A DNA stretch of 64,000 bases from Eledone cirrhosa (taxonomy: Eukaryota): NCBI GenBank assembly GCA_964016885.1, contig OZ024746.1, forward strand, positions 73,346,001 through 73,410,000, in the 5' to 3' direction. Shown here piece after piece: positions 1 to 11,756 of this stretch (position 1 is the first letter of the stretch; each line of letters begins with the position of its first letter). The translations under genes and the position numbers were made by a program. The notes beneath the pieces were generated by a model, which made no database searches, was not told the DNA's origin, and was given only the letters and a program-made list of their open reading frames with translations.

Positions 1-390
1 AGAGATAGTAAAGATATGCGTGGTTGGTTTTGTGTTTGCACTTAACATTCAGACTCAAATTTTTCTTTCAAGTGTACGTATTCTTTCACCCACGCATTCA
101 CACACAAATATATTTGCACACCTCTACAAAATACATATACTCACAATTCACATATTCATACTTACATATATATACACATGCATACACATATATATACACA
201 CATGTATTCATGTACATACATACGCGCTCATGTGTATACATTTTCATACTCAACTTATCTTTATATATACACACGTATAGACACACACATATATACATAC
301 ATACTCTAGTCCATGTGTACACACATACACATACATACACATCCATATACACATACATACATACACATATATATATACATATATATATAC

Positions 391-429
<39 letters not shown>

Positions 430-458
430 CACATACATATATACACATATATACATAT

Positions 459-495
<37 letters not shown>

Positions 496-762
496 CACTT
501 TAATACATGAATACACTTACATCTAACTATACACATCAAACATATATATATATTTACTTATTTATATACATTTTCACATATATATACATACTTATGGACG
601 TTTTTAGACACATTCATTATCGCATATTTGTACCTATTCTCATCAGCATATCTTTTCATTATTAGTATGGTAATTTAAGGTTATTAATATATGTTGAGAA
701 GAGATTGTTTTTATATTTTTCTAACTAGATTAAGGTTTATATAGTTGGGGGATGTCCCTCTT

Positions 763-2448
763 TTATGTAATATTCTGCTTGTAGTGGGAAAAAAGGGTTT
801 TAGTTCTGTGACGGCAGAATAATGTTCGTTCAATTCTGTTATTCAGCAGTTTCTTCTTGTGTGTGATTATGTAATAAATCTCAAGATTACACAATTTGCA
901 GAAATTTTGGCTCCTGGAAAAGCTTTGGGTTTTAGCTAATTTTTCCCATTTTAGGGTAAACTTTTGATTGCTATCCCTGAGCGTCCAAGCTTTTTCTGCT
1001 AAAGTTGTTACATTTCTTTGGCTCTGGTGTTTTATTGAGTAAGAATGCCTATACAATCGAGATTTAAACGATGTTGCCGTTGATCCCACGTAATACCACT
1101 CGTTGCCTCCGGATTTAATGGTACACTTATAAATAATATTTTTTTCCCGGCAGTTATTGCCGAGGGGGCAGTTGTCAGGATAGGTGCAGTTACAGTTGTG
1201 TACGTTGGGTTTTCTCTGGAGTAGTATTGCGGACGAACTTAGGTGTGGTTTATTTATGTTCTGTAGTGTATTGTCTACTGTTTTTTGGGGGTTCTTTGTA
1301 CTTAAGTTCTTAGTGTTTTCGTTTAACCTTCTAGTATTGATCTTTTTTATGTGTTGTTCAAGGTTTAACGCTGTAGAGTATGACAGTCTTATAGTGGTAG
1401 GGTTTAGGATTTTGTGGTATTTGTGTGATGTGGGAAAATGTCTTTTAATTATTTTAAAGAAGAGTACTGGTAAATTTGTACTAATGGAGCTATTGTATTC
1501 GGGGTTATACCATAAGTACTCTTTGCATCGCTTTCTATTAGTTTTGTTTGTTGGTTTACTGGTGTGCATACTATGGTAGTAAGAGTGGTTTGGTGTTGTG
1601 TTATTATATCTACCTATGTGGGATTTATTTTGGGTGTTTTGATTGTTCCCATCTATGTACTCTATTTTGTTGAGGTAGCCTGCTTTACTAAGGGCGTTAT
1701 CGTAGTACTCGGCGTGTTCCTTAAATACTTGTATGTTAGAAGATAGACCCGAGATTCTAAGGGAAATATTTTTAGGGATAGATTTAATTATAGAGATGGG
1801 GTGGTTAGACCCAACATTTACGTATTTGAGATTTTCATTCAATTTATGAAACGGTTTAATCAAACCAGAGTTTAAATTGAGTGTGACATCCAGGAAGTTA
1901 ACTACTTTAAGGTTGTATTCATATGTTATAGTTAGTCCTATTTCGAGTAGTAGTTTTCTTATATCTTTGCGTAGTTTTTCTAGTTTTTGGTTATTAAGGT
2001 TTTTAGCTAGGAGGAGAACATCGTCGCGGTATATTCCGCCGTGGAGATTGCTGAATTTTTCCTGGAGTCTAAAGGCGATAAATAACCCCACAATATCAGT
2101 TATTTCCGCCGAATCGTTAGAGCCCATTGTTATGTCAAAGTTAGAGGGTCTATCTTTACGTACCCAATAACTGTTCTCAAATTTGACTATAGTTTTCCTA
2201 GCTTCTAATATAATCTTAATTTCATCGTTTGTAAGGTCAGAGTTATCCTTAGCAAATTTAATGGCTCTATTCAAAGTTTCAGGTGATATCGATGAGTAAT
2301 ATTCATCGATATCAAACTGGATAAACTTAGATTTATTCTTATTGCTAATGCTATTAAACCATCTTATTGCTTCTTGGGTCTTCCCCCAGAGTTTAATGTT
2401 AACCTTAGCCTTAATTTGGGGGATGATTCTATCTAAGATATATTTGCT
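763..2448 (-). CDS. PLE reverse transcriptase + GIY-YIG endonuclease, 5'-truncated at the inversion junction
   Basis: The frame stays open upstream of the track start (SKYILDRIIPQ...FIQFDIDEYYSSIS). RT motifs FDITMGSNDSAE, GIYRDD and VNFLDVTLNL. Linker CNCTYPDNCPLGNNC. IIY...YVGST...FKSRLYRH GIY-YIG. C-terminal CKLC...CRH typical of Naiad PLEs. Confidence 0.92.
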   Translation of the reverse strand, partial: SKYILDRIIPQIKAKVNIKLWGKTQEAIRWFNSISNKNKSKFIQFDIDEYYSSISPETLNRAIKFAKDNSDLTNDEIKIILEARKTIVKFENSYWVRKDRPSNFDITMGSNDSAEITDIVGLFIAFRLQEKFSNLHGGIYRDDVLLLAKNLNNQKLEKLRKDIRKLLLEIGLTITYEYNLKVVNFLDVTLNLNSGLIKPFHKLNENLKYVNVGSNHPISIIKSIPKNISLRISGLSSNIQVFKEHAEYYDNALSKAGYLNKIEYIDGNNQNTQNKSHIGRYNNTTPNHSYYHSMHTSKPTNKTNRKRCKEYLWYNPEYNSSISTNLPVLFFKIIKRHFPTSHKYHKILNPTTIRLSYSTALNLEQHIKKINTRRLNENTKNLSTKNPQKTVDNTLQNINKPHLSSSAILLQRKPNVHNCNCTYPDNCPLGNNCREKNIIYKCTIKSGGNEWYYVGSTATSFKSRLYRHSYSIKHQSQRNVTTLAEKAWTLRDSNQKFTLKWEKLAKTQSFSRSQNFCKLCNLEIYYIITHKKKLLNNRIERTLFCRHRTKTLFSHYKQNIT

Positions 2449-3602
2449 ACAACCTTAAAGTAGTTAACTTCCTGGATGTCACACTCAATTTAAACTCTGG
2501 TTTGATTAAACCGTTTCATAAATTGAATGAAAATCTCAAATACGTAAATGTTGGGTCTAACCACCCCATCTCTATAATTAAATCTATCCCTAAAAATATT
2601 TCCCTTAGAATCTCGGGTCTATCTTCTAACATACAAGTATTTAAGGAACACGCCGAGTACTACGATAACGCCCTTAGTAAAGCAGGCTACCTCAACAAAA
2701 TAGAGTACATAGATGGGAACAATCAAAACACCCAAAATAAATCCCACATAGGTAGATATAATAACACAACACCAAACCACTCTTACTACCATAGTATGCA
2801 CACCAGTAAACCAACAAACAAAACTAATAGAAAGCGATGCAAAGAGTACTTATGGTATAACCCCGAATACAATAGCTCCATTAGTACAAATTTACCAGTA
2901 CTCTTCTTTAAAATAATTAAAAGACATTTTCCCACATCACACAAATACCACAAAATCCTAAACCCTACCACTATAAGACTGTCATACTCTACAGCGTTAA
3001 ACATTGAACAACACATAAAAAAGATCAATACTAGAAGGTTAAACGAAAACACTAAGAACTTAAGTACAAAGAACCCCAAAAAAACAGTAGACAATACACT
3101 ACAGAACATAAATAAACCACACCTAAGTTCGTCCGCAATACTACTCCAGAGAAAACCCAACGTACACAACTGTAACTGCACCTATCCTGACAACTGCCCC
3201 CTCGGCAATAACTGCCGGGAAAAAAATATTATTTATAAGTGTACCATTAAATCCGGAGGCAACGAGTGGTATTACGTGGGATCAACGGCAACATCGTTTA
3301 AATCTCGATTGTATAGGCATTCTTACTCAATAAAACACCAGAGCCAAAGAAATGTAACAACTTTAGCAGAAAAAGCTTGGACGCTCAGGGATAGCAATCA
3401 AAAGTTTACCCTAAAATGGGAAAAATTAGCTAAAACCCAAAGCTTTTCCAGGAGCCAAAATTTCTGCAAATTGTGTAATCTTGAGATTTATTACATAATC
3501 ACACACAAGAAGAAACTGCTGAATAACAGAATTGAACGAACATTATTCTGCCGTCACAGAACTAAAACCCTTTTTTCCCACTACAAGCAGAATATTACAT
3601 AA
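2448..3602 (+). CDS. Inverted second copy of the PLE ORF C-terminal part (RT thumb, Cys linker, GIY-YIG)
   Basis: Same protein as the minus-strand copy except ALNLE/ALNIE and NPQK/NPKK. It begins in frame at the junction (YNLKVVNFLDV) and lacks the YRDD motif. Confidence 0.88.
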   Translation, partial: YNLKVVNFLDVTLNLNSGLIKPFHKLNENLKYVNVGSNHPISIIKSIPKNISLRISGLSSNIQVFKEHAEYYDNALSKAGYLNKIEYIDGNNQNTQNKSHIGRYNNTTPNHSYYHSMHTSKPTNKTNRKRCKEYLWYNPEYNSSISTNLPVLFFKIIKRHFPTSHKYHKILNPTTIRLSYSTALNIEQHIKKINTRRLNENTKNLSTKNPKKTVDNTLQNINKPHLSSSAILLQRKPNVHNCNCTYPDNCPLGNNCREKNIIYKCTIKSGGNEWYYVGSTATSFKSRLYRHSYSIKHQSQRNVTTLAEKAWTLRDSNQKFTLKWEKLAKTQSFSRSQNFCKLCNLEIYYIITHKKKLLNNRIERTLFCRHRTKTLFSHYKQNIT

Positions 3603-3774
3603 AAGAGGGACATCCCCCAACTATATAAACCTTAATCTAGTTAGAAAAATATAAAAACAATCTCTTCTCAACATATATTAATAACCTTAAATTACCATAC
3701 TAATAATGAAAAGATATGCTGATGAGAATAGGTACAAATATGCGATAATGAATGTGTCTAAAAACGTCCATAAG

Positions 3775-3869
3775 TATGTATATATATGTGAAAATGTATA
3801 TAAATAAGTAAATATATATATATGTTTGATGTGTATAGTTAGATGTAAGTGTATTCATGTATTAAAGTG

Positions 3870-3906
<37 letters not shown>

Positions 3907-3929
3907 ATATGTATATATGTGTATATATG

Positions 3930-3970
<41 letters not shown>

Positions 3971-4262
3971 GTATATATATATGTATATATATATGTGTAT
4001 GTATGTATGTGTATATGGATGTGTATGTATGTGTATGTGTGTACACATGGACTAGAGTATGTATGTATATATGTGTGTGTCTATACGTGTGTATATATAA
4101 AGATAAGTTGAGTATGAAAATGTATACACATGAGCGCGTATGTATGTACATGAATACATGTGTGTATATATATGTGTATGCATGTGTATATATATGTAAG
4201 TATGAATATGTGAATTGTGAGTATATGTATTTTGTAGAGGTGTGCAAATATATTTGTGTGTG
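3775..4262. repeat. Compound (TA)/(TG)/(TATG) microsatellite inside the PLE 3' UTR (mirrored at ~100-590)
   Basis: Present in both inverted arms, so it was carried in the element RNA. Source of many spurious YI/CV ORFs. Confidence 0.85.
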
Positions 4263-4558
4263 AATGCGTGGGTGAAAGAATACGTACACTTGAAAGAAAA
4301 ATTTGAGTCTGAATGTTAAGTGCAAACACAAAACCAACCACGCATATCTTTACTATCTCTAATCCTTCTATAGATTTAGAAAAATAACCAATAATATATT
4401 CTATAAAAAATGTCAAAACAACAGATGGAAATCTAATTACTCACTGCCACCAAGAATTCTCACTGCTATCGAAAAACCACTCCTTCAACTATTCTTCTAA
4501 CAACTTCACCCCTCCCTCCTAATATTCTCTATAAAAACTAAATAGGTCCTCAGTAATA

Positions 4559-4675
4559 TTATTCTGATGAAATGACAGTAAATAATAACATTGAAATATT
4601 GAATGTCTGCATAACTAAAAGTTTGTAGATAGCTGTTTTAGGTTATGTAACTGTTATAGAAACACGTGTCAATAA
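4559..4675 (+). ncRNA. Type I hammerhead ribozyme with long stem II in the Naiad pLTR
   Basis: ttatt-CTGATGA-aatgacagt...actgttata-GAAA-cacgtg-TC-aataa. Stem I ttatt/aataa, stem II atgacagt/actgttat with inner cataac/gttatg hairpin, palindromic stem III, GUC cleavage triplet. Confidence 0.72.
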
Positions 4676-4822
4676 ATTCCTTTCAACTAAACTGTATCCA
4701 TTCAAATCTTTCTATTTTTCTCCGGATTACTTTTGGAACTACAACTGGAACCGTCGAGCAAACTCTACGTGAGCTGATAATCTACTGTGTGTAATATTTA
4801 TATTACAACACAACGGAAAATA

Positions 4823-4876
<54 letters not shown>

Positions 4877-6561
4877 AAGTATGATCCCGACAGCAGAGCT
4901 CAAGCCGTTTCGACGGCTATTTCTGGATATATATATTAGTTTAAGGCTTGATATAGTAAGAAAGAAGTTGCTATGTTTTGGACGTTAGTCCTTCATCAGA
5001 CGATAGACTGAGAGATAGAAGAAGAAAGAAAGACGACAGAAAGAAGAGGAAGAAAAGGAAAAATTACAGAGGGAAAATGAGTGTGTTTAGCCAGCCACAC
5101 ACACACACATATATATATACATAAATAAAATATAATATACCAGGCGTTGGCCGGGGGTCAGAAGACTGAGCTGCATAAATGACGAATAAATGCAACATAA
5201 ATATATTATTTGAAACGCAACAGTTATAATTTTGCTAATTGGTCTATGGTTGAAACTTCTTACTTCTGGAAGAATCTAGGCAACCATTTCTCACCGAAAG
5301 GCTTCGTGATAAACAATGCTCATGTTTTCTACCTTGGGCATTAACACAAAAATGGTTATTGCATCTAATGCTTTAACATTCAATATATAACACACGCACA
5401 CACACGCACATACACACACACTCACACACATATTTATGTATGTATGTATGTATGCGTATATGTATGCATGTATGTATCTATGTGTGTATGTATGTATATA
5501 TATATGTATGCATGTGTGTGTGTATGTATGTATGTAGGTAGGTAGGTAGGTAAGTATGTATGTATGCATGCATGTATGTATCTATATATATATATATATG
5601 TATGTAATTTCTGACAATAACGAAGGCTTTCATTTACCGTTCGTAGTTCGTGCTTGGAGCAATTAGTTACTTCTGAATCTAACTCATCGAGTGTTGCCAT
5701 ACAATTTAGATAGCTTATCATACAGTTGCCGTTGGTGGTTCTTAAATTCATTGTTTACTTTAGATATGGTGTTAATATCCAGTTTGCTTGATATTTCACT
5801 GCAGTCTTTCAATTTTCATTTAAAGAGAGGTGATTCGTTTTGCTACATAATGTAATAACATATTCACTGTTCAAAACCTGAGAGCTTCGACTTGCGCTGC
5901 TGAATGGACCACAACAGGTTTTCTAATTATTCTTCATATATATTCTTTATTTTATTGTTCAGTAGGTGTAAATAGCGAAGTTCGGTTAAAATTTGCTGAG
6001 ATGTTTAAAATTGTTTTTGATCTTCTTTAGCTATTATATATTCAGAACCGGCTATCGCATGTTCGTGTAATGGCAATACCTCATCTCAGTGATTTTTTAT
6101 AATTGTGAGAAGAATCTATTTGGCTATTGATATCGTTATTCGTTGTTCGATGGTGGTGGATGATTTTCCTGGGTAACGAACCAAATTGTTAGCGTTGCTC
6201 TACAATGAACTTAGATTCGGTAGTTTTACATTCTTTTTGTTTTTGAAGTCTGTCGTTGAATCCCGGATAGCATTTTTATATAACTGATATTCGTCATAAT
6301 GCAACTATCTGCAGGAATTTCATTCGATAGTTTCTCGACCCCGTTTTCATGTCTTGCCATGGTGTACAAGATAGTATTCCACGTATTGTTAACCAACTTC
6401 ATTTAGCAACTTGATTACTCCTGTAAGCTTTTCAGAAAGAAAAATGTGCTTCTTAGCACCCACCCAAAGAAGATAATTAATTTTTTCACTAAGTTTGTAT
6501 TAATAATAAACGTCGTGTAAATCCACTTCGACAACATCCTGCCTGGCAACTGGCAAGGATT

Positions 6562-6935
6562 GTATGTATGTATGTATGTATGTATGTATGTATGTATGTA
6601 TGTATGTATGTATGTATGTATGTATGTATGTATGTTTGTATGTATGCCTGCATATATGCATGTATGCATGTACGTTTTTATGTATGTATGTATGTATGCA
6701 TGTATGTATGCATGTATGCATGTACGTTTTTATGTATGTATGTATGCATGTATGCATGTATGCATGTACGTTTTTATGTATGTATGTATGTTTGTGTGTA
6801 TGCATGCATGTATGCATGTATGCATGTATGCATGTATGCATGTATGCATGTATGCATGTACGTTTTTATGTATGTATGTATGTATGTATGCTTGCATGTA
6901 TGTATATAGTACGTACACGTGTATATATATATATG
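6562..6935. repeat. (TATG)n / (TGCATGTA)n compound microsatellite
   Basis: Direct reading. A similar tract lies at ~5390-5605. Confidence 0.9.
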
Positions 6936-7659
6936 TATTCATATAAAGTTCATATAGCTGAAAACATTGTTACTGTGTTATTCAAGATAATTGACGAATT
7001 ATGCGACACTTATTACCATAAAGAAGGTACAGCTATATACAGATGCGATCAGAAGTGAGTTACTGCAATGATCACTACTGCGTTTATAATCCACAATAAT
7101 ATATGGATTGTTCCCTCTCTACTGTCATGAGTGTTTTTTTGGAAGGAAACACTATGTAGGGTGAAATTAGAAGCGGTGTTGTATGGAATAATATTGGGAA
7201 GTGGATCTGAATGATGAGGAGAGTAGCTGTAGTAGTAGGAGTATGATGTAGAGAAGAGTATGGCAAAAGAAACAGGATGGGAATGGAAACTTTATAATTT
7301 AGTAAAAATAAACAAACAAATAAATAAACGGGGTTAGAGAAATGACATGTTATAAATCGAAGATTAAAGGTCAGTTACAGCTTTATTCTCATTACACATA
7401 AGCATCGTTACACAGAAGCCAATAAAATAATCTGAGGCAAGCTGCACATACAGAAAGAGAAATGCATATCGAATCATTAGTATATGAGACAGAAATTACA
7501 TCTCTCAAACTAAATCAACTGATAGAGCGTATACAATAAATAGTTGTGGTAGAAGGCAAATTCATCCAACATTATTTTAACCATATGCCGTCAGTCAAAC
7601 GCGGGGTCAAGAAGGACACCACAATTTTATTAAATTACACATGCTGCTTAAAAGGAGAC

Positions 7660-8100
7660 AATAACAAATTTGACATTTAATGAGAGATTCTCAATTGAAG
7701 CAGACCATAAGCTTCACAAGAGGATGCAACCGATGTAAGACTCATATTGAAAGCACTTATACCACAGCCTGAATTTATAACAGTATGACACTTAAATTCT
7801 GACACCGCACCCACTCTCTCCAAACGACCTACTTACTCATTGTCATGACTGTGCTGTCTGATAGAAATGTGTTAACAAAAGAGTAAGAAAATCTTACAAA
7901 AAATAAAGATCTAGAATTTGAAATAAACAGAATGTGGCACCTTAAAAAGTAAACTATTCTGGCAGTGATGGGAGCACTAGGCGTCATAAAGAAAGGTGTT
8001 TAATTTTTTTTAGAAAACACCTGGTACACCTGGCATCTATGAAATCCAAAAGATAGGTCTAGAAAGTACCACCCACATACTTCATATTTTTTTGTCTTTG
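7660..8100 (+). pseudogene. Degenerate C-terminus of an R4/Dong-like non-LTR retrotransposon (restriction-like endonuclease region)
   Basis: Broken translation ...SDRNVLTKE*ENLTKNKDLEFEINRMWHLKK*TILAVMGALGVIKKG...EIQKIGLESTTHIL matches the K-x2-KY-x-DL...GALG pattern of RLE domains. Confidence 0.7.
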
Positions 8101-8801
8101 TAATATATGTCAACACACAATCTTTTCGATTTAATGTTTATAGTAAATTTAATTCAAATTTAATACCATTCAAATAACCTTTATGCAAAATGAATTCACA
8201 TCTTTTATAATCCTTAATACTTCTTTTTATCTCCTTCTGCTACCTCTCTCTATATATTTTCTCAATTTAAAAAAAATCATTTAACACTCAACTTTTGTAA
8301 TGTGAATGTGAGAACGGAAGAATATTTTTAAAAATACTAGCAAAACTGTTAAAACCAACGATTCCTGTCCTAATTATCTGGTTGATACTCGATAACTATT
8401 TCATATATAACGAAATCAAAGGAAAGTATACTGGGGTATATTTAAAGATTATTTTTTATTTAATTTGACAGAATAAATAGTTTTATAATTGTTACATTAA
8501 ATGGATTTAAGTTTTGTCAAATATTACCGGTTTCGATTAGTATGTCAATTTTATCGAATATTATGAAAATTTGTTCTCATACTCTGTGATCAGTTAGAAT
8601 ATAATAGTGTTTTCTCTCAAAATCTTATATATATGTAAGTTTTATAAAGGTTGGGTGGGGAATGGGGAAGTGAGGTTTAACAGGATACGATTCAATTGAT
8701 TAACGAGAAAATTCTTTTGGTTTAAATAGAAAAGCTCCTTTTTATGCAGGTTATAGGTCCTGGTGGTATTTTGTTGTTTTGTAATGTGTATATATATATA
8801 A

Positions 8802-9021
<220 letters not shown>

Positions 9022-9244
9022 GGTTGGCTTCTTGTGTGTCAAGAGTTTAAGTTATTTTCAAAGTTTTTTAAAATAGCTAAAAGTAGATATATAGTTTTTC
9101 TTTTGTCTTGTGATGTGTGTGGGATTGGAGGGAGCACTCTTGTGTTAAGAGTTACAGTTTATTTTTAATATTTGCAAATAAAAGCAAGAATAAATTAACA
9201 AAGAGAAGTAAATAAAAATACAAATATAGATATAAAAATAATTG

Positions 9245-9590
9245 AAAGAAGTCCTTTCTGTGTATTGGGGGTAAATTTGTCAAAAAATAGATTTCTGGGG
9301 GATTTAAAGAAAAAGGTTTTAGTAGAGGTTTCTTTGGAGTTAGGATTTTTTTCTTTTATTTTGTGGTGTGTGTGTGTCTGTGTGTCCATGTGTGTTTGTG
9401 TGTAAACAAAGCTATGCATATGCAACCACACACACACACACCGCATGATAAAAAAAATCATAACTCCAAAGAAACCTCTATAAAAACTTTTTCTTTCTTT
9501 CATTTTATTTTAGTAAGAATTTATCTATCAAATCCTCCAGAAATCTGTTCTTTGTAAGCTCCCCCTCCGATACTCACAAAGGGTATCTAT
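9245..9590. repeat. Diverged inverted repeat (old foldback insertion)
   Basis: tagaggtttctttggagtta (9323-9342) pairs with taactccaaagaaacctcta (9461-9480). agatttctggggg pairs with ctccagaaatct. Confidence 0.6.
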
Positions 9591-9919
9591 ATACAAACAT
9601 ATGCAAACACAAACAAAAATAAAAACAACTCGGACACACGCTCACGAAATGCAACTCTTCCGCACACACATAACAGTACGACAACCATTCGGCACCGACC
9701 CTCACATGCCGAACTATTTGCCTGCTCCCCTCACACATCCTCTTAAATCTTTTTACTTCAACTTTCCAGCCTCTCCTTTCTCCTAACGTTACTCTTTCCT
9801 GACGAAAGACTAGACTAATGTCTGATATGTTGAAACATGTCTTTACTTTTCCAACAGACATGAAACTAAGAAGATTTTGAGTAACTATATCTCTCTGGTT
9901 GCCTCTTTTAATCTTGAAC

Positions 9920-10080
<161 letters not shown>

Positions 10081-10475
10081 TTTTATAAAGGTTTTTGTCA
10101 ACCTGATTTTTCTCAACCTGATTAGTTTTATCGTTCCTTTGTTATATATTGTGTGTTAGTTTATCCTACCACAATGTTCGATTTGTCAAGCTATTTAAAC
10201 GTATGTTATAACTCTGAGACCTATCTTATCGAGTGCTTTGCTAACTCATCACTTCATATAAGTAGGCCGAATTTACTTGCAAACCGCCAGAGATTCGATT
10301 TTACTGATTTCCAATTATATATATATATATATATATATTAGAAAGTGAGGTTTTTTTTACAAAATGAAAAATAACCGAGGTGTCCTACACGAGTGAAAGT
10401 ATAAAGAAAAAGAGATGAAATCGAAAATGCAACTGGAGTCTTATTTTTTTTAAAAATATATATATTTATTTGGTT

Positions 10476-10513
10476 CCTTTACCAGTTTCGCAGTTCTTCT
10501 GCTTTTCAAAAGG
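10476..10513 (-). ncRNA. Minimal type I hammerhead, U3-A8 core variant (family B)
   Basis: cctt-TTGAAAA-gcag aagaa ctgc-GAAA-ctgg-TA-aagg on the minus strand. Confidence 0.62.
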
Positions 10514-10600
10514 TGAGTTGAGATGGAGGGTTTGTGGTTTTTCTCACATCTGTTTTTCTCACATCTGTGAGAAAAACCACAGACCCTCCATCTCAACTCA

Positions 10601-10638
10601 CCTTTTGAAAAGCAGAAGAACTGCGAAACCGGTAAAGG
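10601..10638 (+). ncRNA. Minimal type I hammerhead, U3-A8 core variant (family B)
   Basis: cctt-TTGAAAA-gcag aagaa ctgc-GAAA-ccgg-TA-aagg. Stem I cctt/aagg, stem II gcag/ctgc, palindromic stem III ACCGGT. Confidence 0.7.
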
Positions 10639-11573
10639 AACCAAATAAATATATATATTTTAAAAAAAAATAAGACTCCAGTTGCATTTTCGATTTCATC
10701 TCTGTTTCTTTATATATATATATATATATGAGCAAGAATGTCACAATCCGGGTGGTTTTCTTCTGGTGTAAATATTTCTATTTCATAATGTATCTATCAA
10801 TGTATACAAATGGATGAAAACTACATTTTTGACATGCAAATTATATGAACTTGCTTATTTCGTCTTTCAGATTATTTAATTTAATATAACAGTTTATTCT
10901 CCACAAAATGGCGGCTCCAAAATAAGTAAACTAAGACGGGATATGAACCAGAGATAAGTAGAGGTATGATTGAAACATCCCAGCACAGAACTTTAAAAGC
11001 GATTTGACCCCGTAATGAAAATTTATATTGAAACTATTATTCTAGGAAAGCGTTGTGTGGGGAATTGTTTATGGATAAAGGGAAACACTTTTTCATGTTA
11101 TATAAACTAGAAATGTTGTATGTAGCAAAATGCGCACAATGGGGTTATGTAGATAGAGTATAGGCATATTTGTTTCATATAGAAATGACTTCTGCAGGAC
11201 TAGAACAGTTTCATACGAATGAAACAGGTCTAGTCTTGTAGAAGTCATTTCTATATAAATAGCGACACTCGTAGAAATGTGTATCACTGTATACAAATGC
11301 ACATAGATGACATCACGCTGTTTGGGGGAATTCCTTGAGGGTTTAATGTCAAATGTTAACGAGAGGTAATAGTAGATATTGTTTAATGTCTATTCTTATA
11401 CAGAAACAGCATAATTTTGACAGCTGTAGCTTGAAAAAGTCCGTCTCCCCCATATTCATATTTAGAGCGGGTTACGGGTTGAGAAATATTTCAGGATGTT
11501 TTAGTTCTAATATAGAGATTTAATTCATGAATGGCTACATTGTTGGCTTGGTTTTCTGAGTGCATTATTTGCA

Positions 11574-11756
11574 TGAATTGGCAGTATCGGTAGAGGCTCG
11601 GACATGCTTTCCAGCATAGTTACGTCCCTTTATGATCTGAGTTCAAATCCCGTCGAGGTTAACTTTGCCTTTCATCCTTACTGGGTCGATAAAATAAAGC
11701 ACCAGTAATGTACTGGTATAAATGCGGGCCTTGTGCCAAAAGTAGAAATAATTATT
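11574..11756 (+). mobile_element. tRNA-derived SINE
   Basis: A-box-like TGGCAGTATCGG, B-box GAGTTCAAATCC, conserved core GCCTTTCATCCTTACxGGGTCGATAAAATAAAG, (ATT)n tail. Confidence 0.85.

Larger units (their letters stand above)
1..4826. mobile_element. Naiad-type Penelope-like retroelement inserted as a head-to-head inverted pair (left arm continues beyond window start)
   Basis: 1-1918 is the near-perfect reverse complement of 2448-4361. Both arms are 5'-truncated RT-GIY-YIG copies pointing outward. The right arm continues through a pLTR with a hammerhead and ends in (TA)n at ~4827. Confidence 0.92.
10339..10712. mobile_element. Head-to-head pLTR-like foldback element in (TA)n (family B; other copies 46243-46448, 61592-61720, 62334-62540)
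   Basis: Arms 10402-10545 and 10567-10712 are reverse complements. Both ends abut (TA)n. Four near-identical or diverged copies in the window. Confidence 0.85.

Noticed and set aside
1184-3181. Antisense ORFs (131 aa, 97 aa, 60 aa) over the PLE ORF
   Set aside because: They are shadow frames of the RT/endonuclease gene with no independent support.
763-3602. Selenocysteine recoding/SECIS as known in some Naiad elements
   Set aside because: No in-frame TGA in the visible ORFs, and no SECIS identified by eye.
4970-5005. Minus-strand CTGATGA-aggac taac gtcc-AAAA hammerhead; similar partial motifs at ~3719, ~8520, ~9798, ~14985, ~40152, ~42178, ~52928
   Set aside because: Core mutated or stem I/III not pairing. 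Probably decayed HHRs and not counted.
11574-11660. tRNA genes (A/B boxes)
   Set aside because: These are SINE heads with no cloverleaf, followed by the SINE core and tail.
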